A stretch of 36,709 nucleotides of DNA from Octopus bimaculoides. Taxonomy: Eukaryota. Within the stretch, counting starts at the first letter, position 1. Each line of letters begins with the position of its first letter. Shown here one piece after another: positions 11,640 to 21,737 of this stretch. Location of the stretch: contig NC_068998.1 in the NCBI RefSeq assembly GCF_001194135.2, positions 31,924,840-31,961,548 on the forward strand. Direction: 5' to 3'. Under the pieces are notes generated by a model. It saw only the letters and a list, made by a program, of their open reading frames with translations. It was not told where the DNA came from and made no database searches. Both the position numbers and the translations under genes were made by a program.

Positions 11640-12039
11640 GGCGCAGGAGTGGCTGTATGGTAAGTAGCTTGCTTACCAACCACATGGTTCCGGGTTCAGT
11701 CCCACTGCGTGGCACCTTGGCCAAGTGTCTTCTACTATAGCCTCGGGCCGATCAAAGCCTTGTGAGTGGATTTGGTAGATGGAAACTGAAAGAAGCCCGT
11801 CGTATATATATGTATGTATATGTGTGTGTGTTTGTGTGTGTGTGCTTGTCCCCCTAGCATTGCTTGACAACCAATGCTGGTGTGTTTATGTCCCCGTCAC
11901 TTAGCAGTTCGGCAAAAGAGACCGATAGAATAAATACTAGGCTTACAAAGAATAAGTCCCGTGGTCGATTTGCTCGACTAAAGGCGGTGCTTCAGCATGG
12001 CCGCAGTCAAATGACTGAAACAAGTAAAAGAGTAAAGAG
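11640..12039 (+). mobile_element. Full-length tRNA-derived SINE with CORE-like domain (resembles the octopus OK/OR SINE type)
   Basis: A-box-like tggctgtatgg 11650-11660, B-box-like gttcagtcc 11694-11702, CORE-like ggcaccttggccaagtgtcttc, internal (TG)n, tail aaacaagtaaaagagtaaagag; at least 8 partial relatives in the window. Confidence 0.9.
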
Positions 12040-12109
12040 TATTTGTATGTATGTGTTTAAAGTAATACAGTGTATGTATGTGCATTATCAATGCATATTA
12101 TTTAGTAAG

Positions 12110-12182
12110 TATAAACCAGAATAATATTTGCAAATATTTACCTGGGGACTGGAAATTATACATATTTTATTTATTTCCATAA
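12110..12182 (+). repeat. 73-bp direct repeat copy 2
   Basis: Matches 10697-10769. Confidence 0.85.
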
Positions 12183-12312
12183 GACACAATTCTTGACAAC
12201 AGTTTGTTTTGAGAAGAAAAAAAATCATTATATGTAGTGATCCCTGACTGACTTCCTTTATTGGCAGTAACTTCTTTCACTGATGAAAGAATGTGTTTTA
12301 TTTTTGTTTCGT

Positions 12313-12697
12313 GTGATGCGTATGGATGTAAAGAAGTGCTGACCTCTGACTGTGGATGGAACCCATGGAAGATATGGGATGAGGTAGTGAAATATGTTTC
12401 TCAGATGTTGAGTCTCATAGAAGCAATGACAAGTGACTGAGACATTTGGTGATTTGCTGTGCTTGAGAAGACATGTCAAGTGGCCTGTGCTGGTGACACA
12501 TAAAAAGCACTCAAACTGGTGACATGTAAAAAATACCCAGTACATTCTCTGGAGTGGTTAACATTAAGAAGAGCATTCATCCATAGAAATCAAGCCAAAA
12601 CAGACTGGAGCCTGGCACAGCTCTCTGCTTACCAGTTTCAGTCAAACTGTCTAGCCCATGCTAGCATGGAATATGGATGCTAAATGATGATGATGAT
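12313..12697 (+). mobile_element. 3' end of RTE LINE (ORF end, 3' UTR, (TGA)n tail)
   Basis: VMRMDVKKC*PLTVDGT / PWKIWDEVVKYVSQMLSLIEAMTSD*DIW*FAVLEKT; UTR homologous to 604-995. Confidence 0.8.
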
Positions 12698-12711
12698 CTG
12701 TTGTAGTTTTA

Positions 12712-12900
12712 CAGTTCTATATTTAAGAGATGAAGAATTATGTACATTATTTACATTATTTACATTTGAATTGAACTCGGAATATGGCGTAGTGGTTAAG
12801 AGCGTGGGCTACTAACCCCAAGATTCCGAGTTCAATTCCAAGCAGTGACCTGAATAATAATAATTATAATAATAATAATGATAATAACAATATTAAAAAA
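12712..12900 (+). mobile_element. 5' part of tRNA-head/hammerhead element: inverted terminal copy (12712-12769), Pol III head (12785-12850), (AAT)n
   Basis: A box TGGCGTAGTGG 12785-12795, B box GTTCAATTC 12830-12838; left segment is the reverse complement of window 30-77. Confidence 0.8.
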
Positions 12901-13640
12901 AAAAATGGAGCTGACCCAAAATGCCAATTCTGTAACAATGCGATTGAAACTATAGACCACCTAATCTCAGGGTGTAGAGTCTTAGCACCTGTAGAATATA
13001 AAGCAAGACATGACAGAGTCGGCCAGTATTTACACTGGACAATATGTCGGCATTATAAAATCAAAACCGCTGTCAAATGGTATAAACACCATCCTGAAGC
13101 TGTGACTGAGGGAGAAAATGTATCGATTCTCTGGGACTTCCCCGTACATACTGACAAGACTATAAAAGCTAATAAACCGGATATTATTATAAAAGATCAG
13201 ACAAAGAAGACGTGTTTATTAATTGACATGAGTATTCCCTCTGATCATAATATAGCGGCGAAAGAATTTGACAAGATCNNNNNNNNNNNNNNNNNNNNNN
13301 NNNNNNNNNNNNNNNNNNNNNNNNNNNNNNNNNNNNNNNNNNNNNNNNNNNNNNNNNNNNNNNNNNNNNNNNNNNNNNNNNNNNNNNNNNNNNNNNNNNN
13401 NNNNNNNNNNNNNNNNNNNNNNNNNNNNNNNNNNNNNNNNNNNNNNNNNNNNNNNNNNNNNNNNNNNNNNNNNNNNNNNNNNNNNNNNNNNNNNNNNNNN
13501 NNNNNNNNNNNNNNNNNNNNNNNNNNNNNNNNNNNNNNNTGCATACAATGAACTTCTCTGCCCTAGGTGTACGGGAAACACTCGGCAAGAAATGGAAGAG
13601 AATTTGAAGAAAGAAGAAAAAAAAGATAATAATAATAATA
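12901..13640 (+). mobile_element. 5'-truncated R4/Dong-clade non-LTR retrotransposon (CCHC knuckle plus restriction-like endonuclease)
   Basis: Open frame from 12901: KNGADPKCQFCNNAIETIDHLISGC (C-x2-C-x8-H-x4-C), ARHDRV, ILWDFPVHTDKTIKANKPDIII, LIDMSIP..KEFDK; gap 13279-13539; 3' UTR ends in (AAT)n; 20-bp TSD. Confidence 0.9.
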
Positions 13641-13791
13641 ATAATAACAACATCAAAAAATACCATAGGAATGAGAACCCAGGTTCGACATTTCCCCAAG
13701 ACACCTGATGAAGGCTGGAGGGTATATCAGCTGAAAAGTTGTGTTAACAACAAACAAGTTGAGGACAAATATATGTCAAAAATAAATAATG
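13641..13791 (+). mobile_element. 3' part of the tRNA-head/hammerhead element
   Basis: Begins with the duplicated target; 13748-13791 matches window 1-42. Confidence 0.75.
13700..13745 (+). ncRNA. Minimal type I hammerhead ribozyme-like motif (probably mutated)
   Basis: Stem I gacac (13700-04)/gtgtt (13741-45); core CTGATGA 13705-11; one extra A; stem II ggctgg/tcagct; GAAA 13733-36; then AGT-T where a palindromic ACGT-H is expected. Confidence 0.65.
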
Positions 13792-15629
13792 TTATGGTTT
13801 TGTATACCTTTGAGCCCTGGTGATGCTAGGTGGCAATATACCCCTCTTCATCTGAATTTTGTTTGTGCATCTAATCACAGTGAGCCATAGTGCTTTTACT
13901 TGCTTCAGATATTGGAACTGTATGTGAATCTCACTGATTCACATTGCTGCTCAGTGAGAGCCATGAACAATAAATGTGCTTATTCCATCAACCCCATAGG
14001 TATGGAATGACGTTTCTCTCTTATTCCTCCAAAGATATAAGAATATTTGGAACAGTTGATAAAATGACAAAAAGAAGTAGACAAGATCAGCATTGGGTCA
14101 GTTGGAATGAATTCTTTAACTCAAGTTCCATGCCTGAAAGTGCTGAGTATTCCCCAATTCTTGCCTAAAAATCTGTGATGCAGTTATTTGTGAGAACAAT
14201 GTCATATGTAACTAAGGTATTTACAGTATCACTGAATCAAATTTCTACATAATAAATGCTTTTTTTTAATTCTCTTAGTGGTTGAGTTCCTAGAATACCT
14301 TATGTTGTAAGACCTGATTAATAGATCGTTTGGCTCTTGTTTTAGACTCAAATAGCTATTTCATTAAAGTTTACAATTTAACAATATCTCACCACATCCC
14401 TAGAAACACAAACTTACTTTGATCATTAATAACAATTTTAAAATTTAATGGTTATAAAATTTGAGACTCACAGGCATAAAAGTCTTAAGGAATTAATGGG
14501 CACTTCAGTGCACCCACTACGCTACATAGTAAACAAGTTTTATAAAATACCACTTTTAAATATCAATAACTAAAGACAAATTTGTTGGTTATAAATGGAT
14601 GCACATACAAATATTTCACAAATTGGTATATTTTCTGTTTTATATAAAATTGTTTTACAAATTCCTTTGTCTTTTCTATGTCCCTTTTTATCATTATAAT
14701 TTTGATGCATATAATTACGTTTATTATGAAAATGAAGGTAAAATGTAAATGGTAATTTCTAAATTATAAAATATATTTAAATTGATCATAACACACAATT
14801 AAGAACACTTTTTGAGCTGTGAACATCTATAAAATTGCAAGTTAATTATGGAATAACTATTTTAAAAAGTCCAAAAGCAGCATTCTGTTGGTTTCTGATC
14901 ACAAATTAAAAGTGGAAAATTCCTGAAAGCAATTGGTATTGATATTTTGAAAAAAAAATCAAAATTTCAAATTTAAAAGAATTTGAGATGGAGAAGGCAA
15001 AATTAAAAATTGAAAAGCTAACTAATGGGGGAGGAGAGGCAAATTTGTAATCTCTGTTGGAAACATAAGGAATCTGCAGAAATGTTTGAAAAGCAAATAT
15101 ATATATAAACAATTGGGGGATATCTATTCAACATGTCTGCCTCAGCATTGGTGAATAACATCAATATTTCCACTTTCAGTTTGTGATCATGAACTGAAAG
15201 AATGCCTAAAACACTATTTAATGAATCAATACAAGCAGTCTGACCTGCTCGTAAGAATTTTTGCAAGTGGCTTGTGAATGTGATTTTTATACATAAAGTT
15301 TTCAAAATACAAAAAGAGAAAAAGAAAAGAAAAACACCTACCCTAAAGTTCTGTTTCATAAACATTAACTCAGTTTACTGATTATTCAATTAGTTATTAC
15401 CAACACATCAATAAATGATATATTCGCCCGGGAAAATACACACCAGAATTTCCGTGCTTTTGATCGAGTGTATCCAATTTAGCTACATTGATTATCAAGA
15501 AATAAGTCATCAACACGAGAGAAGTCAATACTTTTCATTCGAGTGTATTCAGTCATTCAATGGTGTTAGTGAATACTATGTTTGACAGAGGCTAACAATA
15601 TGTTTCTAAATACTATTTTAATAATGATT

Positions 15630-15725
15630 TCAAACTTTGACACCAGGCTGGCAATTTTAGTGGGAGGGTTAGTCAATTACATAGACCCCATGTAATGACT
15701 AGTACTTTATTTTATGAACTCAGTA
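15630..15725 (-). mobile_element. 3' half of Meta-like SINE (degenerate)
   Basis: gggttagtcaattacatagacccca...actagtactttattt resembles 34845-34900. Confidence 0.45.
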
Positions 15726-16747
15726 TGTAGCTTGTATCTGTTTAGTAGCTTAGAGCTTTCCTTAATTTCAAATTATTGAAATATTTTCACTATTTAGAGT
15801 CTCAAACTAACTTCAACCAGCCAGAGATGACAGAATAAAATGCCCCTTCAAATTAATGGTACACTTTTAGTTTCAAACTAGTCCATTCTACCAATCCCCT
15901 TCTGTAACTGGAAATGATATGAACCAATCTTGAAATCACTATGTGGTCGCTCAACTACCTGGAAATAACAACCAAATACCCCTAATTCTCAAACTACTAT
16001 CAGTAATGTAGTCTAAGGTGTGTAAACTGCACAGAGCAGTCACTTAATGTATGTGTTTGCTGTAGTCAAATGTATGTTGTGTTCAAAGAAAGGGACAACC
16101 AATACCTACACTACACTACTGATTACTGTTTTAGGAGGATCACATAGGTATACTGTAAGTAATGCTTAGTCAGACTGACTTTGGACAAGACAGTTACAAT
16201 AATTGGGAATTATTTGGATCCATGTCTTCACCATATGGTAAATGGGTCTGCAACAGCTAATTCATCCTGAAACTCATAAGCTATAGTCCCTATAGATTTT
16301 ATTCCTTAAAAATACAAACTTTAATGCTTTTTGTTTTTTTCATGAAAAACAGGATCTTTTCTGTTTCACTCACAGTTTTTTAAATTAAGTGGAAATTTAA
16401 AAATTTGGTATATTGATGTAATTTTCATGTTGAATCTGATATTGTTATTCACTTCTTCCAGAAAAATTTTAAGAAAATGATACAGAAGTTTAAAGTTTGC
16501 TTATTTTTTACTCAATCAGAAAATAGGATTTGGAAGCTAGGAGTTTGTGTGTGAAAGCTGTCTTTGATAACCGTAGATAAAACATTACAACAATGGAAGT
16601 TTTAATAAGTTTTGATGAATAAAGTCATGTGAAATGTTGGAACAGGCATGTAAACAATATAGAAAAGAATAATCCCCAAAGTAATTTCTTTGTGAAAAAA
16701 CATTGATTGGCATTTCTTTATACAACTGGCTTCATTCATACACATCA

Positions 16748-16749
<2 letters not shown>

Positions 16750-16808
<59 letters not shown>

Positions 16809-16970
16809 TCATATCTATCTATATATATATATATATATATAAACTTCATATCTATCTATATATATATATATATATAAACTTCATATCTATATATATATAT
16901 ATATACACACATATAAAGACATATATACATACACACATCTAAAGACATACATACATACATATATATATAT
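16750..16970. repeat. (TA)n with three embedded aaacttcatatctat(ctat) units, then (TACA)n
   Basis: Directly visible. Confidence 0.95.
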
Positions 16971-16971
16971 C

Positions 16972-17484
16972 CTAGCTGAATTACCTGGTAATACTCGGAA
17001 AAGCAGGGGTTATTTCCAGTTCCCTTTCCCATTACACTGTTTAGTGTCCTATCTCATTCCTTGTTCACTTCCCATTTTAGTTCCACTTCTATTCCTATCC
17101 CTAATCCTATGTCAATATATAAAATTTAGAATAACTTAGGTGTAATTAAGCCATTGAATATTTTATTATCCTTTATGGTGATAGTTTATTGCTAAAAATA
17201 GGTATTTACAAACTATTAATATGATTAGTGGATGAATAAGGAACGTCCCTATATTATTTTAACAAATAAATAAACTGAGTTGACCAGTAATACTGGAAAA
17301 GGAGGGAGGTGTTATTCCCAATTCCTGTTTACCATTACACTGTTCCATGTCCTATCCTGTTTCCTGATCAGTTCCTTTCTTTATGTCCAACACATCGTTT
17401 CTGGTAATAGGTACTACAAACTATTAATTTGATTAATGGGTGAATAAGGAATGTTCCTATATTGTTTTAACAAATGAATATGCA
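16972..17484 (-). mobile_element. Helitron-like non-autonomous element, two tandem units
   Basis: On the minus strand a hairpin, 8-nt spacer and CTAG (16972-16998); second unit from ~17273 with hairpin ccagt-aat-actgg; units share ggttatt.cc.attcc.tt.ccattacactgt and taggta.tacaaactattaat.tgatta.tgg.tgaataaggaa.gt.cctatatt.ttttaacaaat. Confidence 0.55.
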
Positions 17485-17639
17485 TCTGAGTAAAATGAAT
17501 TAGATAAATAGATAGATTGACAAATAGCCTGCATATTGTAGCTGGCATCGTCGTGTGCCATAGGTTATCATAGCATAGCAGTATCTCGTGTTGCATGATA
17601 AAAATGATTAAGATGTTATGGTGATTTGGATTTAATTCA

Positions 17640-17880
17640 ACAAATTAATCTCATGGTGAACCAACTTCCAGGTCATTGGTCATTACATTGTTTAATGTCC
17701 TATCCACGAATCCGGCACACATTAAGGACACAGTCCTTAAGTGTGATGTACAGGTGCTGCATGGAGAATTGTTTCCTTTTGGAAATCTGAGTTGTTCTCA
17801 CAAAGGTCACATGCTGTTTACATGAAGGTGTGCATGGATGAGCCTTACAGAAGCCCTACTTAATTCATGTCAGTATATGT
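17640..17880 (-). pseudogene. Possible degenerate Tc1/mariner-superfamily transposase remnant
   Basis: FQKETILHAAPVHHT*GLCP*CVPDSWIGH resembles FQQDGAP.H....FP.RWIGR. Confidence 0.35.
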
Positions 17881-18038
17881 GTTATAGATTTGTAAACATT
17901 ATAGATTTCTATTGACATCCAATAATTCAACTGGATGTTAGTTTAATATGTATGCAAAGTTACGTCAAGATTGGCTCACTAGTGTAGGCAGCAAGATGAT
18001 AACAGACAGATAAACAGACAGAAATTGCCATTTATGTA

Positions 18039-18120
18039 CATACATACATACATGCATACATACCTACCTACCTACCTACCTACCTACCTACCTACATACA
18101 TACATACATACATATATATA
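18039..18120. repeat. (TACA)n/(TACC)n microsatellite
   Basis: Directly visible. Confidence 0.95.
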
Positions 18121-18283
18121 CGATGGGTTCTTCCAGTTTCAGCCTACTAAATCCACCCGCATGGCTTTGGACAGCCCAAAGCTATTGTAGAAAACTCTTG
18201 CCCAAGGTACCATGCAGTAGGGCTGAATCCAGAACCATGTGGTTGGGAAGCAAGCTTCTTACCAGACAGCTATGCCTGCGCCT
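18121..18283 (-). mobile_element. CORE-like SINE 5' half
   Basis: Reverse complement of the 11640-11800 family sequence. Confidence 0.85.
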
Positions 18284-18307
18284 ACAATACATACATACAT
18301 ATATATA

Positions 18308-18335
18308 CTAACAGAGCTACCCGATGTTGCTCGGG
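18308..18335 (-). mobile_element. Helitron-like 3' terminus
   Basis: Hairpin cccga-tgttgc-tcggg, 8-nt spacer, then TTAG|T on the minus strand; same geometry as 16972-16998. Confidence 0.55.
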
Positions 18336-18359
18336 ATTACAATGGCATAGTTTTTTATT

Positions 18360-18563
18360 GTTTTACTTGTTTCAGTCATGTGACTGCAGCCATGCTGGAG
18401 CACCACCTTTAGTCAAAGAAATCGATCTGAGTATTTTTTCTTTGTATGCCTAGTACTTATTCTATCACTGTGCTTTGCCAAACAGCTAAATTACATGGAT
18501 GTAAACACAGCAAAACACAAACATACATACACAAATACACACACACACACACACACACACACA
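18360..18563 (-). mobile_element. CORE-like SINE 3' half, running into N gap 18564-19511
   Basis: ttttacttgtttcagtcatgtgactgcagccatgctggagcacc is the reverse complement of 11985-12030. Confidence 0.85.
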
Positions 18564-19511
18564 NNNNNNNNNNNNNNNNNNNNNNNNNNNNNNNNNNNNN
18601 NNNNNNNNNNNNNNNNNNNNNNNNNNNNNNNNNNNNNNNNNNNNNNNNNNNNNNNNNNNNNNNNNNNNNNNNNNNNNNNNNNNNNNNNNNNNNNNNNNNN
18701 NNNNNNNNNNNNNNNNNNNNNNNNNNNNNNNNNNNNNNNNNNNNNNNNNNNNNNNNNNNNNNNNNNNNNNNNNNNNNNNNNNNNNNNNNNNNNNNNNNNN
18801 NNNNNNNNNNNNNNNNNNNNNNNNNNNNNNNNNNNNNNNNNNNNNNNNNNNNNNNNNNNNNNNNNNNNNNNNNNNNNNNNNNNNNNNNNNNNNNNNNNNN
18901 NNNNNNNNNNNNNNNNNNNNNNNNNNNNNNNNNNNNNNNNNNNNNNNNNNNNNNNNNNNNNNNNNNNNNNNNNNNNNNNNNNNNNNNNNNNNNNNNNNNN
19001 NNNNNNNNNNNNNNNNNNNNNNNNNNNNNNNNNNNNNNNNNNNNNNNNNNNNNNNNNNNNNNNNNNNNNNNNNNNNNNNNNNNNNNNNNNNNNNNNNNNN
19101 NNNNNNNNNNNNNNNNNNNNNNNNNNNNNNNNNNNNNNNNNNNNNNNNNNNNNNNNNNNNNNNNNNNNNNNNNNNNNNNNNNNNNNNNNNNNNNNNNNNN
19201 NNNNNNNNNNNNNNNNNNNNNNNNNNNNNNNNNNNNNNNNNNNNNNNNNNNNNNNNNNNNNNNNNNNNNNNNNNNNNNNNNNNNNNNNNNNNNNNNNNNN
19301 NNNNNNNNNNNNNNNNNNNNNNNNNNNNNNNNNNNNNNNNNNNNNNNNNNNNNNNNNNNNNNNNNNNNNNNNNNNNNNNNNNNNNNNNNNNNNNNNNNNN
19401 NNNNNNNNNNNNNNNNNNNNNNNNNNNNNNNNNNNNNNNNNNNNNNNNNNNNNNNNNNNNNNNNNNNNNNNNNNNNNNNNNNNNNNNNNNNNNNNNNNNN
19501 NNNNNNNNNNN

Positions 19512-19556
19512 AACCGCTAAGTTACAGGGACATAAACACACCAGCATCGGTTGTCA
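19512..19556 (-). mobile_element. SINE fragment after the gap
   Basis: aaccgctaagttacagggacataaacacaccagcatcggttgtcaa is the reverse complement of 11866-11911. Confidence 0.8.
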
Positions 19557-19603
19557 ATATATATACATATACAGAGGCTGGAAAAAATATATGTATATAC
19601 ATA

Positions 19604-19857
19604 TACAGAGGTTGGACAAAATAATGGGAACACCTTAAAATTTCAAACAAATTTATTTTAATTCGGAGTAGGACCGCCTTTGGCAGTAATTACAGCTTGA
19701 ATTCTATGAAGTATGGACTCGTACAAATTTGAATTGTTTCCAAAGGAATTTTTGTCCATTCCTCAGCTAAAACAGTCGCCAGTTCTTGTAGTGATGATGT
19801 TGGAGGATATCGACTCCATACTTGTTTTTCTAAAATGCACCATAAATGTTCATTAAT
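19604..19857 (-). mobile_element. Tc1-family transposon 3' end (TIR plus transposase C-terminus)
   Basis: TA+cagaggttggacaaaataatgggaacacc TIR; minus strand EHLWCILEKQVWSRYPPTSSLQELATVLAEEWTKIPLETIQ/LYESILHRIQAVITAKGGPTPN*. Confidence 0.85.
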
Positions 19858-20304
19858 ACCCAACCCCACACCTCCACCTCCTCATCCACCCCTACATCCT
19901 CACCCCAAACCGGTACCTCACTTCACATCCCCACACCGCCACACAACACCACCACACCACCATACCCCATCACACTATCCAACACCATTCCACACACACT
20001 AGCACACACTTACATTCTCTTACATACACACATGAGTACTTTCATTTTGGGATCATCAGTACTTAATTATCTCCCCTTCTTCCTAGCTCTCCTGTCCAAC
20101 TACCTTTCTCCAACCAGTCACCATGATTGACCGCTAAACCCACAAATTGTTTTTATTATTTACTCTCTGTTTATTTCCTCGTGTACATGTTTTCTTGGAG
20201 AATGTAGGCTCGAAACGTAAAAGACTTTCTCACCTTGGCGAGCATCAAACTAATACACCTGCTTGTTGTTTATACACCTGTCTTTGTCTTTTGTTTTTCT
20301 GTAA
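19858..20304 (+). mobile_element. Probable Penelope-like element 3' end/pseudo-LTR with C/A-rich low-complexity 5' part
   Basis: CpG-retaining end segment with ctcGAAACGTAaaagac motif typical of PLE termini; truncates the Tc1; runs into gap 20305-20803. Family call is from recall. Confidence 0.5.
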
Positions 20305-20821
20305 NNNNNNNNNNNNNNNNNNNNNNNNNNNNNNNNNNNNNNNNNNNNNNNNNNNNNNNNNNNNNNNNNNNNNNNNNNNNNNNNNNNNNNNNNNNNNNNN
20401 NNNNNNNNNNNNNNNNNNNNNNNNNNNNNNNNNNNNNNNNNNNNNNNNNNNNNNNNNNNNNNNNNNNNNNNNNNNNNNNNNNNNNNNNNNNNNNNNNNNN
20501 NNNNNNNNNNNNNNNNNNNNNNNNNNNNNNNNNNNNNNNNNNNNNNNNNNNNNNNNNNNNNNNNNNNNNNNNNNNNNNNNNNNNNNNNNNNNNNNNNNNN
20601 NNNNNNNNNNNNNNNNNNNNNNNNNNNNNNNNNNNNNNNNNNNNNNNNNNNNNNNNNNNNNNNNNNNNNNNNNNNNNNNNNNNNNNNNNNNNNNNNNNNN
20701 NNNNNNNNNNNNNNNNNNNNNNNNNNNNNNNNNNNNNNNNNNNNNNNNNNNNNNNNNNNNNNNNNNNNNNNNNNNNNNNNNNNNNNNNNNNNNNNNNNNN
20801 NNNTATATATACGTACATGTA

Positions 20822-20853
<32 letters not shown>

Positions 20854-20859
20854 AATATA

Positions 20860-20985
20860 AATGATATATGTACATACCTACATCTATATGTATACATACA
20901 GGCATCTATGGGTACAGGAAATAAAAAAAATGTTAAACACAATGAGAAACGAAAACATAGAAAACGAACTTTTTTCGAACAATGA
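20860..20985 (-). mobile_element. Repeat end fragment (possibly a PLE-type terminus)
   Basis: CpG-rich segment after (TA)n/(TAA)n, ending in an inverted-repeat junction; family uncertain. Confidence 0.35.
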
Positions 20986-21567
20986 TGATAAAGATGGTAA
21001 AAATTTACATTTTCGTTGTTCGAAAAAAGTTGTTTGATAAAGATGGAAATAAAATTTGGTGTTTAAACTTTGTTTACAATTTTTGAGGGTTGTGAGTTTG
21101 ATAACGGACTTCTGTAAAGATTGATGGAATGGAAACTATATTACTGATAGTTTTTATGTTTTATTTTTGAGAATGCATGGCTCAATGCAACATTTAAATG
21201 AGACCATGGGTTCAAGTCCATCCATAAGAACTTTCCTTTGACATGAAAATAAAACTGCTATACTGTGTATTAATATTTGTTAAATCTTCACCATTGTAGC
21301 TGTGTACATAGAATAATATTATAGAGAGTTTTGTCTGCAATTTCATTCCATAGTAAGGATTGTTTACTTGATGCAAAATGAAAAATAATCAACACCTCAT
21401 AATGTAGAAGAGGTAACAGGTGTATAACAAGGGCTATAGCTTTGAGAATTGCTGTCTCCTGAGACTGCAAATTAAATACGACTTCTACACCAACTAAAGA
21501 ATAAGAAAATACAATCTCAAATAAAGTTATATATTTCATGGTTCTATAAACTTCCAACCATCAATTA

Positions 21568-21737
21568 GGCACAGGGGTGTCTGTGTGGTGAGAGGCTTGC
21601 TTCCCAATCACATGGTTCTGGTTTCAGTCCTACTGCATGACATCTTGGCCAAGTGTCTTCTACTATAGCTTCAGGCTGAACAAAATCGTGTGAGTGGATT
21701 TGGTAGATGGAAACTGAAAGAAGCTCATCATATATAT
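21568..21737 (+). mobile_element. CORE-like SINE 5' half, interrupted at its (TA)n
   Basis: Matches 11640-11808. Confidence 0.85.

Noticed and set aside
12785-12850. Functional tRNA gene (ACT anticodon-like loop)
   Set aside because: Anticodon and acceptor stems pair poorly and it is embedded in a repeat; treated as a SINE head.
14950-15300. Lys/Glu-rich frame with CNLC and RMPKTLF
   Set aside because: Multiple stops; possibly an old LINE end, but too weak to call.
15420-15560. CpG-containing stretch with repeated tcgagtgtat
   Set aside because: No ORF, TIR pair or RNA structure found to support a call.
17716-17745. Hairpin as a Helitron terminator
   Set aside because: No downstream CTRR at the expected distance.
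19846-20130. Pro/Thr/His-rich mucin-like ORF
   Set aside because: Low-complexity C/A sequence within a repeat end; no splice or homology support.
13187-20942. Long ORFs containing X runs
   Set aside because: Artefacts of the N gaps at 13279-13539, 18564-19511 and 20305-20803.
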